Below, one piece after another: positions 8,673 to 18,963 of a stretch of DNA of 64,000 nt. This stretch comes from a virus. Both the position numbers and the translations under genes were made by a program. Numbering within the stretch: the stretch's first letter is position 1; each line of letters begins with the position of its first letter. The notes under the pieces were generated by a model. That model worked only from the letters and a program-made list of their open reading frames with translations. It was not told the DNA's origin and searched no databases. The stretch lies in the IMG/VR virus record IMGVR_UViG_3300012971_000002, positions 1 to 64,000 of that record; one strand, given 5' to 3'.

Positions 8673-9125
8673 ATGGAAACCATCACCACTCCGGCACAGG
8701 ATACTGTTCCGGCCAGCCGTAAATTCTACGAACTCAAAGCACGCGGTAAGTGGGTACTCATCCGCATGATTGCCCAAGAGGAACGCATCTCGGAAGGCGG
8801 CATCCGGATCCGTGAAGCCCAAGCACGCACGCAACACGGTCATGTAGTGGATGTGGACACGGCCGAAGTGCGCGGTCTCGCGGTGGGCCAGATCGTGGTA
8901 TTCACGAACTTTCCGAACGCGCTCGATGATGTGGAAGAACTCACCGGCGAGCGGGATCTGTATCTGGTGCGGGAAGAAGAGATCTATGCGGCCGCGGAAG
9001 AGATCACGGATCCGCTGAAGCTTGCCGTCATCAAGGGCCGCATCGCGCTCCGTGAAGCGAAGTATGTCATCAAGGATGAAGATGAGACGATTGAACAAGC
9101 GCTCGAGAAAGCGAAGCAATCGTGA
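8673..9125 (+). CDS. GroES/Cpn10-like co-chaperonin candidate
   Basis: KWVLIRMIAQEERISEGGIRIREAQARTQHGHVVDVD...VGQIVVF...DLYLVREEEIYA follows the GroES pattern (V-x-V-K...GGI-x-L...G-x-V-x-A-V...GD-x-V-x-F...I-x-x-x-D-I-x-A) by eye. Confidence 0.5.
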   Translation: METITTPAQDTVPASRKFYELKARGKWVLIRMIAQEERISEGGIRIREAQARTQHGHVVDVDTAEVRGLAVGQIVVFTNFPNALDDVEELTGERDLYLVREEEIYAAAEEITDPLKLAVIKGRIALREAKYVIKDEDETIEQALEKAKQS

Positions 9126-9835
9126 GTGAATCGCGCCAGTGTCCCAAGGAATTTCAGGACCGCATTGACCGGATGTTCGGCAAGAACAAATTCGGTGGTC
9201 CGATCTACAAGATTGCTTGGGCGCAAAGCGAAACCCAGAAGATGGCCTTCAGTCGTTTCACGGACCGCGGCGATGTCAGCGGTTATGAACAACGGCTGAA
9301 AGGATCCAACACACCATGCTGGATGATTATGCGGTGGAAAGATCCATCGCACTACGGTTCACCGGATCTCTTCTACTCGAACACGTTCATGGACGGGATG
9401 AATCTGTACTTCATGGGTGATTACCCATGGCAGGGACGCTACGAAATTCTTTACATGATGTGCCGGAAAGAATTTGTGAACGGGAAGCTGGAAGTCAACG
9501 CGCTTCCGCTCGATCACCTGTTCATTGACAAGATCATCCCGCTGCTCATCGAATGCCAGTACATGACGCTGTTCGAACGGCAAGCCGCGGCACAGATGGA
9601 GAAGGAATATCTCCGCAAGCAAGAAGTGAACGAACTCGCGGACAGGATGATGAACGATCTGCCCGCGTGGTACGGTCCGGTTTCCTATTCGAACCAAGGC
9701 TGTAGAACGTCGCTTCTCGATACGATGATGGACAAGATCCAGAAGCGCTGGGAAAAAATGTCAGGGTACGGCCGTCCGGTCTTTGCGAAGGGTATGGCGC
9801 AAGGCAACCGGCCGTCTGTGCTTTCACGAATCTAA
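9122..9835 (+). CDS. hypothetical virion-module protein
   Basis: 237-aa ORF, GTGA overlap with upstream gene; no family recognised. Confidence 0.6.
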   Translation: MSESRQCPKEFQDRIDRMFGKNKFGGPIYKIAWAQSETQKMAFSRFTDRGDVSGYEQRLKGSNTPCWMIMRWKDPSHYGSPDLFYSNTFMDGMNLYFMGDYPWQGRYEILYMMCRKEFVNGKLEVNALPLDHLFIDKIIPLLIECQYMTLFERQAAAQMEKEYLRKQEVNELADRMMNDLPAWYGPVSYSNQGCRTSLLDTMMDKIQKRWEKMSGYGRPVFAKGMAQGNRPSVLSRI

Positions 9836-9850
9836 AATCGGGAGAACACA

Positions 9851-10789
9851 ATGCCACTTGAAGCAACACATGATCTAACGAACGATTCAGCAAATGCAGT
9901 ACGGGCATCGCAAGCGAAGATGAACGAACAGAATAGTCCCAAGGGTGCAAGGCTCGAGGCTGGCGACGATATTCCGATGCCAACCTACAAGCTTTACATC
10001 TACAACATTCTCGAACTCGAGCACGAGATCAATCAGCCACCGGCCTTCCCGCGCTTCATCATTCCGGCCAAGCCGAAAGACAAGAAGTTTTCCGTGCTCA
10101 TGTTCCCCGCTTTCATCAAAGAACGTTACGAACGGCCGGGATCCACGGAGTACTATTTCAAGCATATTGACGGCCGCAAGTATGCCGGACAATTGCTGAA
10201 TCCCGCTTCGTTCCCCGGAACGAACTGGCAAGCGCAATTGCAGAACTGGCGCTCGAACGATCAGTTCGGGAATAACTACAACTCGCTGGGATGTTTTTGG
10301 TCCCTGACTACGCCGGACGATCCGAAGCTGGACGAAGAGATCGAGAAGTTCAAAATCGTGGCACGCAAGACGCTGGAAGCTTTGGTCCGGCAAGCCGAAT
10401 TTTTCTACAACTCGAAAAAGGAAAACGAGATCACGCCATTGATGCACTTCGCGATGGATTACCTTCGCAAAACTTCGCCGTGGCACATGCGTTCGGATCT
10501 CATGGTGGATTGCCCGAATTGCGGCGAAGCGGTCAAGGAAGGTGTGGCGTATCACCGGAACAGCTTTGGCGAGCGCTGCATCATTGACGTGGCACGTTGC
10601 GCGGAGATCGGGATCTTCCCGTTTGCCGCGACATCCGCGGCCGTGCCGGTGCCGGTGGTGCCGGTTGCGCGGGAAGGCGCGGGCATGGCGTCCGGAGATC
10701 CGGAAGAAGACGAACTCGAAAACTTGGCTTCGGCCGGTGCGGCGAAAGAAGTAGCTCGCGCCACGAAGGGAGCGAAGCGCAGAAGTTAA
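9851..10789 (+). CDS. hypothetical virion-module protein
   Basis: 312-aa ORF, GGGAGAA SD; CPNCGE...C...C patch and Ala/Pro-rich acidic tail. Confidence 0.6.
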   Translation: MPLEATHDLTNDSANAVRASQAKMNEQNSPKGARLEAGDDIPMPTYKLYIYNILELEHEINQPPAFPRFIIPAKPKDKKFSVLMFPAFIKERYERPGSTEYYFKHIDGRKYAGQLLNPASFPGTNWQAQLQNWRSNDQFGNNYNSLGCFWSLTTPDDPKLDEEIEKFKIVARKTLEALVRQAEFFYNSKKENEITPLMHFAMDYLRKTSPWHMRSDLMVDCPNCGEAVKEGVAYHRNSFGERCIIDVARCAEIGIFPFAATSAAVPVPVVPVAREGAGMASGDPEEDELENLASAGAAKEVARATKGAKRRS

Positions 10790-10917
10790 CACGATCTTCG
10801 CTGGGACGGTTCCGTACCCGCGTTGCTGCCTTTACCCGCCTAGCGCGGTGACGACCCGATTTGGGTAGTCAAGGCGACCCGCAGCCGTCCCGGCGATGCA
10901 AGTTTGGAAGGGAGCGT

Positions 10918-11736
10918 ATGCCTAACACACAACAATCCGGTTTCCCTACGCTCCAATCGTGCATGGATCTCGCTCGATCCATCGTCAACGATATGTATCC
11001 CGGCACTGGTGGCACGAACGGCCGAATCCTCACGAACAGCGCACCCTTCACGATTCACTACATCAATTCCGCACAGCGCACCGTGGCACGCGAACTTCGC
11101 ATTGAAGGTGTGACGTTCCCGATCAAGGACGGCATCATCCTTCCGAATCTGACGCCGGTGTCTACACCCAGCGTTGACGTGCAAACTTTTGTGGGCTTCG
11201 AAGGTTACTTCGATGGCTACACGCTTCATCCCACACCGAAACTTCCGAGCGATGCCTTGCAAGTTTTAGTGGTCTCGGAACAGACCGCGGGATCCGGATT
11301 GGGTTACAGCGAGATGATTCAACCCGAGAATGGATTGCCTTCCACGATCCAGACACAAGTATTGGGAATGTGGGAATGGAGACAGTACCGGATTTACATG
11401 ATCGGGAGCACCGCCACGAAAAACTTGCGGATCCGCTACCAGTCCGGCGTGGTGCCATTCAATACGCCACCGGCCGATTTTGATACCACCTACCTTTCAA
11501 TTCTCGATTCCGAAGAAGCGGTAGCTTCCCAGATTGCGATGCTGTACGCCGGTGCGCGTGGCGGCGGCAACGTTGCCTTCGCCAAAGAGATGCACGAAAA
11601 AGCGATTGATGACATGTCCAACGAATGGGTGCGCCGTCAACAGCAACAGAACTTCCGGCGTCCAGCTTACGAAGGTGCCGGTTCCCAGAACGAACAAGGA
11701 ACGCCGCTCGGACCTGTGGACAACTGGGGGACATAA
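10918..11736 (+). CDS. hypothetical virion-module protein
   Basis: 272 aa from ATG 10918 (GGAAGGGAG SD); ends in TAATG overlap with tail-fibre-like gene. Confidence 0.6.
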   Translation: MPNTQQSGFPTLQSCMDLARSIVNDMYPGTGGTNGRILTNSAPFTIHYINSAQRTVARELRIEGVTFPIKDGIILPNLTPVSTPSVDVQTFVGFEGYFDGYTLHPTPKLPSDALQVLVVSEQTAGSGLGYSEMIQPENGLPSTIQTQVLGMWEWRQYRIYMIGSTATKNLRIRYQSGVVPFNTPPADFDTTYLSILDSEEAVASQIAMLYAGARGGGNVAFAKEMHEKAIDDMSNEWVRRQQQQNFRRPAYEGAGSQNEQGTPLGPVDNWGT

Positions 11737-12740
11737 TGTCTTTCTTCCGTAAAGACGGAACGGTGAACACGGCGCTGGGTGTGGGGATCTCCGGCGCGTT
11801 CGTCTACGTTTGCAATCAACCGGCGAGCACCGGCTCCATTCCACCTTCACCACTGGCCACGATCTATTCGGACGCGAGCGGCACGCCGCTGGCGAATCCG
11901 GTGATTACGGACGGACTCGGAAACTTCTTCTTCTACGCGGCTACCGGAACGTACACGCTGGTTTACTTCGATCCGCTGGGCCGGATCCAAGAACAGATCT
12001 TTGCCGATCAGCAAGTAGTTTCTCCCGGTGGTGGATCCGTCACCAGTGTCGCCATGACGGTGCCCACTGGCTTCTCCATCTCCGGCTCGCCGGTCACAGC
12101 AAGCGGCACGCTGGGGCTGGGCTATTCTTCGGATTGGAATGCGAACACGTTCATCGCCGGTCCCACCGGTGGCGGTGCCGGAGCGCCATCTCGGCGCACA
12201 CTCGTTACCGCGGATCTTCCGGCCGGTGTCGGCACGGTCTCGAGTGTAGCCGTAACACATACGACTTCCAGCGCACTCTTGAGTCTCGGAGTTTCCGGAT
12301 CTCCGATCACTACAAGCGGCACCATCGGACTCACCGTCAACTTGGTGAATCAGAACGCAAATACTTTCTGGGCCGGTCCGGTTTCCGGCGCTGCCGGTCC
12401 GATCACGGCGCGTGTGATGGTGCCCGCGGATCTGCCCGCGGCGGTGACCGTTGCTCCGGCCGCTTCGTTCGCGCTCGATGCTTCGGTGACCGGCGCGTTC
12501 TACATCACGCTGAATCAAAACATGGTGCTCACGGCTTTGAATAACGGAGTGAAGGGCCAGCGTGTTATATTCCAGTGGACGCAAGACGGAACAGGCGGGT
12601 GGACGTTCACTCTACCCGCGGCATTCAAGGGATACACGGTGATTCCGACGAATGCGAACAGCGTCACACTTCAAGAGTTCATGTCCGATGGTGCGGGAAC
12701 TTGGCGGGCAACAGGACCGGGATCCAGCACACCTTCGTAA
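11736..12740 (+). CDS. tail fibre-like protein with tandem internal repeats
   Basis: 334 aa; two copies of SGSP(V/I)T-SGT-GL...NANTF-AGP...ADLPA, a pattern common in phage fibre proteins. Confidence 0.65.
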   Translation: MSFFRKDGTVNTALGVGISGAFVYVCNQPASTGSIPPSPLATIYSDASGTPLANPVITDGLGNFFFYAATGTYTLVYFDPLGRIQEQIFADQQVVSPGGGSVTSVAMTVPTGFSISGSPVTASGTLGLGYSSDWNANTFIAGPTGGGAGAPSRRTLVTADLPAGVGTVSSVAVTHTTSSALLSLGVSGSPITTSGTIGLTVNLVNQNANTFWAGPVSGAAGPITARVMVPADLPAAVTVAPAASFALDASVTGAFYITLNQNMVLTALNNGVKGQRVIFQWTQDGTGGWTFTLPAAFKGYTVIPTNANSVTLQEFMSDGAGTWRATGPGSSTPS

Positions 12741-12755
12741 ACATGAAGTTCGCCA

Positions 12756-12771
12756 TGTGGCCGCGGCCACA
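12756..12771. repeat. perfect 16-bp GC-rich palindrome in intergenic region
   Basis: TGTGGCCGCGGCCACA 16 nt after the tail-fibre stop codon; could form a 6-bp stem with a 4-nt loop in RNA. Confidence 0.6.
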
Positions 12772-12835
12772 GTTGCAAACAACACTCCGCGGATCGGCGT
12801 TCCCGAATGCGCCGATGCACGACTGAGGAACCATC

Positions 12836-13207
12836 ATGGCCGTTCTTGTTGTAGTCCAGTCCGGGTACATCACGTCCATAGATCAACGCCGGTTGATTAT
12901 TCAGGGGCAGTTGAAAGTCACCGGCACGCCGTATATTCCGGGTGGTGTCGCGCTCGATTCGATCTTGCTCGCGCTTCCGGAAGCCACCACGAACAGCGGC
13001 GTGCGGCGTTGCATTATGACGTCACTCACCGGCACCGGTTACATGTACCAGCGTCTCTCGAATGGAAAGTTGATGATCCTGCAGGTTCCCGTCAATGGTT
13101 CGCTGACTACCGCGGCACCATTGAACGAGATCCCGGCCAGCACCAACATGCAGGGCATCAATAACGATTTGATTGACTTCGAAGCTGAGTTCATTCGTAA
13201 CGCATAA
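12836..13207 (+). CDS. hypothetical virion-module protein
   Basis: 123-aa ORF, GAGGAA SD, followed by a strong terminator. Confidence 0.55.
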   Translation: MAVLVVVQSGYITSIDQRRLIIQGQLKVTGTPYIPGGVALDSILLALPEATTNSGVRRCIMTSLTGTGYMYQRLSNGKLMILQVPVNGSLTTAAPLNEIPASTNMQGINNDLIDFEAEFIRNA

Positions 13208-13214
13208 CGGATGG

Positions 13215-13250
13215 AAGCGGAGTACTTCGAGAAGGGTGCTCCGCTTTTTT
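13215..13250 (+). terminator. rho-independent terminator
   Basis: AAGCGGAG...CTCCGCTT stem followed by TTTTTT, 8 nt after stop of 12836-13207. Confidence 0.7.
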
Positions 13251-13303
13251 CCTGAAAGGTTCCTTCTGATCGGGAGACTTCCATCGGAAACTTCGCACAA
13301 CCT

Positions 13304-16300
13304 TTGGTCTCGCAAGACCTAGATGTTTTCGGTGGTCTCTACACGGAATCCAATCCGCAAGATCTTGCTCCGGGCGCTTCCCCTGTCGCTGTCAATTGTT
13401 CGTTCATCATCGGTTCGGTAGAAATTCGGCCGGGGCTTCAATCGAATTTCTACTACACGGACTTCTTCCAAGAAAAATTGGATGGCTTCGCCGGGAACAT
13501 CAACGCAGTGAATCAGATTGCGTGGACCAACCCGATGAATGCCACGCTGAACAATGCTTCGCTGTTTGCTACCGTCGCACTGAATAACTCCGCACCGGCC
13601 GTCAACGGCATCATCTCGTTCGATCAGGTAATCACCGCAACAGATCTCACCGGCACCAGTGTTCACATCACCACGCCACCGCTCACACCTTCTTCGGCTG
13701 ACGATTGGGCATTATTCATTTCCACGATCTCGCTGTTCGGCGCTGGTGTTACGGTCTCGCCCAATGGAAGTTGGGTGCTACCGGCACCACCATTCTCCAC
13801 GATCCAAGGTGGTGCGGCTTATGAACAAGTAGCGACGGCCGCGGTTGCGGGCGATGCGAGCATCAACAATACAAACTTCTGGGCCGCTTCGCTTTTGCTG
13901 TTCAACATGGCCGGTTCACTCGAACCAACATGCGTGGGCAGTGCGGGAACGAGTGGCGGGTTTGGAATCGGAGATCACTTCGTTCCCTTTTCCAATCCGA
14001 ACATTGCCGGAAACATTCTCTTGTGCATTGTGGTATCGCAAGATGCTGGTGAGATGGGGATCGTAATCAGCGATTCCCAACTCAACGCATGGCACCGGCT
14101 CACCAAGACCGTCACCGCTCCGGGTGGCTTCGGCATCACGCAAGAAGTGTGGATGGTGGATTCCTGCAAAGCCGGTTCGAATACGGTGGATTGCAATATC
14201 GCCAGTAGTTCGATCACATCCGGCAGCATCACGATTTATGAAATGCAGAAAGGCAGCTTCGCGCCACCTTCCGGCAACACTTCACAGTTTCTTGAATTTT
14301 TGAATTTCCCTTTTTCCATTCCCACCACGCTTTCCGTGTTCGGTTTCGAGATCGAGATCAGCGGCAAGCAAGACAATCTTGCGCCGGACGCCATCCTGAC
14401 GCTGCAACTGTTGAATCCCGGTCCCACGTCGCCAACGCATACCTTCCAGCTTCCAGCATCCACCGGCACCGTCACATTCGGAAGTCCTACGGATGACTGG
14501 GGACTGACGCTGACACCGGCTTTGTTTAACGATCCCAACTTTGGGTTTAAGGTTCAGGCCACGGCGTTAAGCGGATCTGTCGTTACGTTCAGTATCAACG
14601 CTGCCTTCATCAAAGTCTTTCTGTCTCCGAATCCCGCGCCTTCGATCAATTACCTGAAGACGTTCGCGGAAACAGATGGACAGATCAACAATCTCTTCTT
14701 GGGCAGCAACGGAATCATGTATCAGGAAGATCCCAACAATGCGGAGTTCGCGCTCACCGCGGTCTACACGGCCATCGAACCGGGATCCTTCGCACAGTCT
14801 TGCACCCAATCGGATCGGGAGTTCATCGCCATCTCGGATCTCTTGCAGGGTACGGACATTCCGTACACCTACAACGATACGAACTTTGACCGTTGCTCAC
14901 AGGTTGGTCCGGGCGCACCGCCTTCTTGCTCGAGTTCGGCCGTTGGCCAGAACATTGTTTCGATCACCCAGACCGCGGCACAAAGTGATCCCGAAGCGGC
15001 GGGGCATCTTTCCGGCTTACTGTGGAGTTCCGGTCCGGGTAGCACATCACCGGGGAACGTGGTCACCGTCTACTATGCCCGCACCGCGGCGCTGGCCAAT
15101 CCGGATCCGAATTTGCAACCGGGAGTAGGCGTAGCGCTCGCCGGTCTGGGTGGCGTCAACTCAATTCCGCAACTGGCCAACGGCGTCTACACCGTCACCA
15201 GCATCGGCCAAGGGATCCCACCGGGAGCACAGTTCTCGCGTTGGTATTTCACGATCCAGCAAACTAGCACGCTGTTCCAGAATGAAGCCGATCACATCGA
15301 AGGCCATGGACCGTTCGGCACTTATCAGGTGACCACGGCCACGATGACTACGGCCGCACAAGTGCCGAATCTGCAGGTAGGCAATCAGTTCCAGATCTCC
15401 GGCACCGGTGGCGCTCCTACGGCTGGCTACGATGGCACTTGGACAGTGCTCACCACGCCGAATGCTTCCCAGTTGCAGATCACCAGCACCGTGCTTTCCG
15501 GCAACCTTGCCACCTACGGCTTCACGCTCATCACCGGCACCGCGCCAGTAGTGGGTGAGTTCGTCACCGTCACCGGCACGCTGAACGGCAACGGGATCTT
15601 CAACGTTACGAACGTGGTCATTCAGGCCGCATCGCCGGGAAACTTCACGATTCAATTGTTCGGGGCGAATGTTCCATCGGCCGCGGAGACTGGATCCGGA
15701 ATTATTGCCGGTACGATCTTCACTTTCGATCCCATGGCGATTGTGGGGAACAAAGCGGGTGGATCTATCGTCACCACCGGCATCGTAGGTGCTGGTGTTC
15801 GCAAGTGTTGCTACTCGTTTCTCACTCGCGACGGCTATCTGACGCAACCTTCACCGATCACTACCTTCGATGTGCCTTCCGGCGCGTCTACATTGGTCAT
15901 TTCCAATTTGCTTACCGGTCCACCGAACGTGGTGGCTCGAGTCATCCACTTGACCGCGGCCAATGGCGGCAACTTCTACAACATTCCGGAGCCGGTGCCG
16001 GTGCTTTCGAACGGCGTGACGATCACGAACACGTCTACATGGGTGAATGACAATACTTCCACCAGCGCCACACTGAGTTTTTCCGATGGCGTGCTTCTTG
16101 CGGCCACACAAATTGACACACAGGGCAACAATCTGTTCGAAACCGCGGAACTCGGCAGTTCTTTGGGCTTCGTTCCCTATGCCAGCCGCATTTTTGCGAT
16201 TGGCGAACAGAACAAGATCACGAATTTCCTGAATTGGTCTTTCGATGGCGGGATTTTGGGTGGATCCGGCGCTTCGGCAACCTATCCGGCCGGTTGGACG

Positions 16301-17911
16301 GTGGATTCCACAAGCGGCGGTGGTGTCAGTGTCATCAATTCGCCAATTTTCGGCTTCGCGTACTCCGTAACGAACTCTACCGGCAGCACGCAAGCAAAGT
16401 ACGGCATGATTTACCAGAACGCCTTTCAGGATGAGTTCCAAGTTCCGATCATCCAGCCGTCCACCACCTACAGCGTGCGCGTGACGGCGAGTTTGCCCAC
16501 CGGAGCGAGCACCGGACAGTTCGTGGTGGATCTTTTCAGCCCCACTATCGGCGTGGCATCGGGAACGTTCACGCTGCAGTTCACACAACTCACTAGCACG
16601 ATGCAGATCTTCACCGGCACGCTGTTGACTACCGGTCTAGCACCGGTGCCGAACGATCTCCGGCTCCGGATCTACACCACCAACATCCTGAACACCGTGC
16701 AATTCGTTGCGGATCGAGTGGAAGTCTTCCCCACGAAGCAACCGAACCTTGCCACGCAAGTTACCGGCAGCTACATCAACAATTTTGAAGCCTTCGATCA
16801 GGTGACCGGCGTAATTTCCGGTGCGGTCCAGAATCAACAGCCAATCCGATCGGCTTTTGTGCTTTTCGATGTGTTGTATCTCGTGAAGTCCAAATCTTTC
16901 TTGGCAATTCGCAATGTTGACGGTCTCGAGCCGGTATTTTGGGGAACTCCGCGAGTGGTCTCCAATTCTGTCGGCACGCCTTCGATCTACGGTGTCACTT
17001 CGGGCATTGATACGCCGAACTCCGGCGAAGAATGGAGCATCATCGCTGGGGAAGCCGGTGCATACATCTTCAACGGCGGCGAACCGGTGAAACTCTCGGA
17101 AGAGATCCAAACCTTGTGGAACCGGATTAACTGGGCTTACGGCCACACGCTCTGGGTACAGAATGACATCGAGAACCGAAGAATCTTGTTTGGTGTGCCA
17201 CTCAAAACTGTGGACGAAGATGGAAACTTCTTCCAGTGGCTACCGCAAGGATTCATTGCCGCGGATCCCGCACCCACCAAGCCGAATGTGGTGCTCGAAT
17301 TGAGCTACAAGATGCTGAACACGGCCGGGGCTTTGATGAACAGCGTTGGCGTGCGGCCAACTTACAGCGGCAAGCTGATCCACACCGATTACACACGCAA
17401 ATGGTCCGTATGGACGATGAGCATTCCAGCCGCGGCGTTTATTTCACGGAAAGCGCTCGCGGACAGTCCTACCGCGCCGATCATGCTGGGCAATTCCGCG
17501 AATAACGGCAAGATCTATCAATTAGTGGAAGGCTTCAAACAAGATGATGGCGTGGCGATTCACCAGAGCTACTTCACTTACGCTTTCCCGTCCACCGATC
17601 AGGAACAGAATCTTCGGATTGGTCCGACACGCAAAACGTTCCACATGCTCTTGGCCATCATTGACGGAACCGGATCCGTCGCGGTCACTGCTTACCCGAA
17701 CACACTAGATACGCCATTCGCCACACCGCTCGTGCCGGATCTTCCGCTCCCCGGTTCGAACAATGGCGATACGGAAATTGTGGTCAACGTTACAGCGAAC
17801 CGGTGTCTCTTCGGCTTCGATTCGAATGCAGTGGATTCCGGTTTCGAACTTTCGCGGCTCAACTTGTCCATGACGCCGGATCCGTGGGCACCGGTGCGCG
17901 GGAGTAACTAA
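13304..17911 (+). CDS. giant virion/tail protein (1535 aa)
   Basis: Uninterrupted 4.6-kb ORF with TTG start; Thr/Ser/Gly/Asn-rich beta-type composition; three internal copies of the G-x-V-x-(I/V)-x-G...(Y/F)(N/D)G-x-(F/W/Y)-x-V module. Confidence 0.7.
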   Translation: MVSQDLDVFGGLYTESNPQDLAPGASPVAVNCSFIIGSVEIRPGLQSNFYYTDFFQEKLDGFAGNINAVNQIAWTNPMNATLNNASLFATVALNNSAPAVNGIISFDQVITATDLTGTSVHITTPPLTPSSADDWALFISTISLFGAGVTVSPNGSWVLPAPPFSTIQGGAAYEQVATAAVAGDASINNTNFWAASLLLFNMAGSLEPTCVGSAGTSGGFGIGDHFVPFSNPNIAGNILLCIVVSQDAGEMGIVISDSQLNAWHRLTKTVTAPGGFGITQEVWMVDSCKAGSNTVDCNIASSSITSGSITIYEMQKGSFAPPSGNTSQFLEFLNFPFSIPTTLSVFGFEIEISGKQDNLAPDAILTLQLLNPGPTSPTHTFQLPASTGTVTFGSPTDDWGLTLTPALFNDPNFGFKVQATALSGSVVTFSINAAFIKVFLSPNPAPSINYLKTFAETDGQINNLFLGSNGIMYQEDPNNAEFALTAVYTAIEPGSFAQSCTQSDREFIAISDLLQGTDIPYTYNDTNFDRCSQVGPGAPPSCSSSAVGQNIVSITQTAAQSDPEAAGHLSGLLWSSGPGSTSPGNVVTVYYARTAALANPDPNLQPGVGVALAGLGGVNSIPQLANGVYTVTSIGQGIPPGAQFSRWYFTIQQTSTLFQNEADHIEGHGPFGTYQVTTATMTTAAQVPNLQVGNQFQISGTGGAPTAGYDGTWTVLTTPNASQLQITSTVLSGNLATYGFTLITGTAPVVGEFVTVTGTLNGNGIFNVTNVVIQAASPGNFTIQLFGANVPSAAETGSGIIAGTIFTFDPMAIVGNKAGGSIVTTGIVGAGVRKCCYSFLTRDGYLTQPSPITTFDVPSGASTLVISNLLTGPPNVVARVIHLTAANGGNFYNIPEPVPVLSNGVTITNTSTWVNDNTSTSATLSFSDGVLLAATQIDTQGNNLFETAELGSSLGFVPYASRIFAIGEQNKITNFLNWSFDGGILGGSGASATYPAGWTVDSTSGGGVSVINSPIFGFAYSVTNSTGSTQAKYGMIYQNAFQDEFQVPIIQPSTTYSVRVTASLPTGASTGQFVVDLFSPTIGVASGTFTLQFTQLTSTMQIFTGTLLTTGLAPVPNDLRLRIYTTNILNTVQFVADRVEVFPTKQPNLATQVTGSYINNFEAFDQVTGVISGAVQNQQPIRSAFVLFDVLYLVKSKSFLAIRNVDGLEPVFWGTPRVVSNSVGTPSIYGVTSGIDTPNSGEEWSIIAGEAGAYIFNGGEPVKLSEEIQTLWNRINWAYGHTLWVQNDIENRRILFGVPLKTVDEDGNFFQWLPQGFIAADPAPTKPNVVLELSYKMLNTAGALMNSVGVRPTYSGKLIHTDYTRKWSVWTMSIPAAAFISRKALADSPTAPIMLGNSANNGKIYQLVEGFKQDDGVAIHQSYFTYAFPSTDQEQNLRIGPTRKTFHMLLAIIDGTGSVAVTAYPNTLDTPFATPLVPDLPLPGSNNGDTEIVVNVTANRCLFGFDSNAVDSGFELSRLNLSMTPDPWAPVRGSN

Positions 17912-18516
17912 TGGCACTGGACATCCAGCGACAGATTGACGAATTGCGCCAGCATCCGGAACTGGGCAGAGCATTCTCTACAATCTTTCAGCGCATCGAA
18001 GATGCCATCAATCATCTCGCCGTCAACGCCGGTGTGGATGCCAATGGCGCGAAACTCCCACCGCCGCGGCCGTTGCAAGCGTTCAATGTGCAATCCGATG
18101 GCAATGGAACATTCCATGCTTCGATCTCGCACGATGCTCAATTGAACCGCGGCATTGCTTACTTCGCGGAATACGACACAGATCCCAGCTTCGCGAAGCC
18201 GCATGTGGTGCCGATGCACACCAGCCGCACGATGATCCCGCAAACGTTGCCGCACAAAGACGGAAACGGAAACGTCATCAATTACTACTGGCGGGCTTAC
18301 GCGCAATATCCCGGCAGTGATCCCGGCGTGAAGATGAACTTCGGCGGCACTACGCCTACGCCGCTCAATGCCGGTGGTGGCGCACAGATGGATCTCTTTG
18401 CCAGTACGGGAAGCGGCACCGCACAGAACTCCGGCGAAGAAGGTGGATCGGGTTTCGGAAAAGTGTTGTATCGTCAGGCCAGCGGAGTGAAGCGCACCAG
18501 CGCACAGAACCAATGA
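17911..18516 (+). CDS. hypothetical virion-module protein
   Basis: 201-aa ORF, TAATG overlap with the giant gene. Confidence 0.6.
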   Translation: MALDIQRQIDELRQHPELGRAFSTIFQRIEDAINHLAVNAGVDANGAKLPPPRPLQAFNVQSDGNGTFHASISHDAQLNRGIAYFAEYDTDPSFAKPHVVPMHTSRTMIPQTLPHKDGNGNVINYYWRAYAQYPGSDPGVKMNFGGTTPTPLNAGGGAQMDLFASTGSGTAQNSGEEGGSGFGKVLYRQASGVKRTSAQNQ

Positions 18517-18902
18517 TCCGTTCCTACGAACCGAAAGACGAAGTTGCGATTCACGAGATCTATCTGGCCAACCAACTTCCCGCGGAATGTTTTCCGGACT
18601 TCACCGATCCTTTGATGCTGCATACCGGCGTAGTGGAAATTGAAAACAAAGTGGTGATGTCGTGCTCGATCCGCGGCACTTCGGAACTGTATCTGTTCGT
18701 GGATCACGCGGCGGGCACGCCGGAAGAACGCTGGCAATGGATGCAGGAATTGCGCGAATACATCGTGCGCGAAGCATGGCGACTGGGTTTGGATCAGATG
18801 TCTTGCTGGATCCCACCGGAAATTGAACTAAGTTTCAAAGACCGGCTCGAGCAAATGGGATTCCAGAAGTCACCATGGTCTTGCTACACGTTGAAGTTAT
18901 GA
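18513..18902 (+). CDS. GNAT-like N-acetyltransferase candidate
   Basis: 129 aa, ATGA overlap; IRSYEPKDEVAIHEIY start and length fit a minimal GNAT fold; weak by-eye call. Confidence 0.45.
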   Translation: MIRSYEPKDEVAIHEIYLANQLPAECFPDFTDPLMLHTGVVEIENKVVMSCSIRGTSELYLFVDHAAGTPEERWQWMQELREYIVREAWRLGLDQMSCWIPPEIELSFKDRLEQMGFQKSPWSCYTLKL

Positions 18903-18963
18903 TATGCTCTCTTCACAATCGGGTTGAAAGTACGATGGTTTTTCTTTAGAGGGGATTCCGCGT

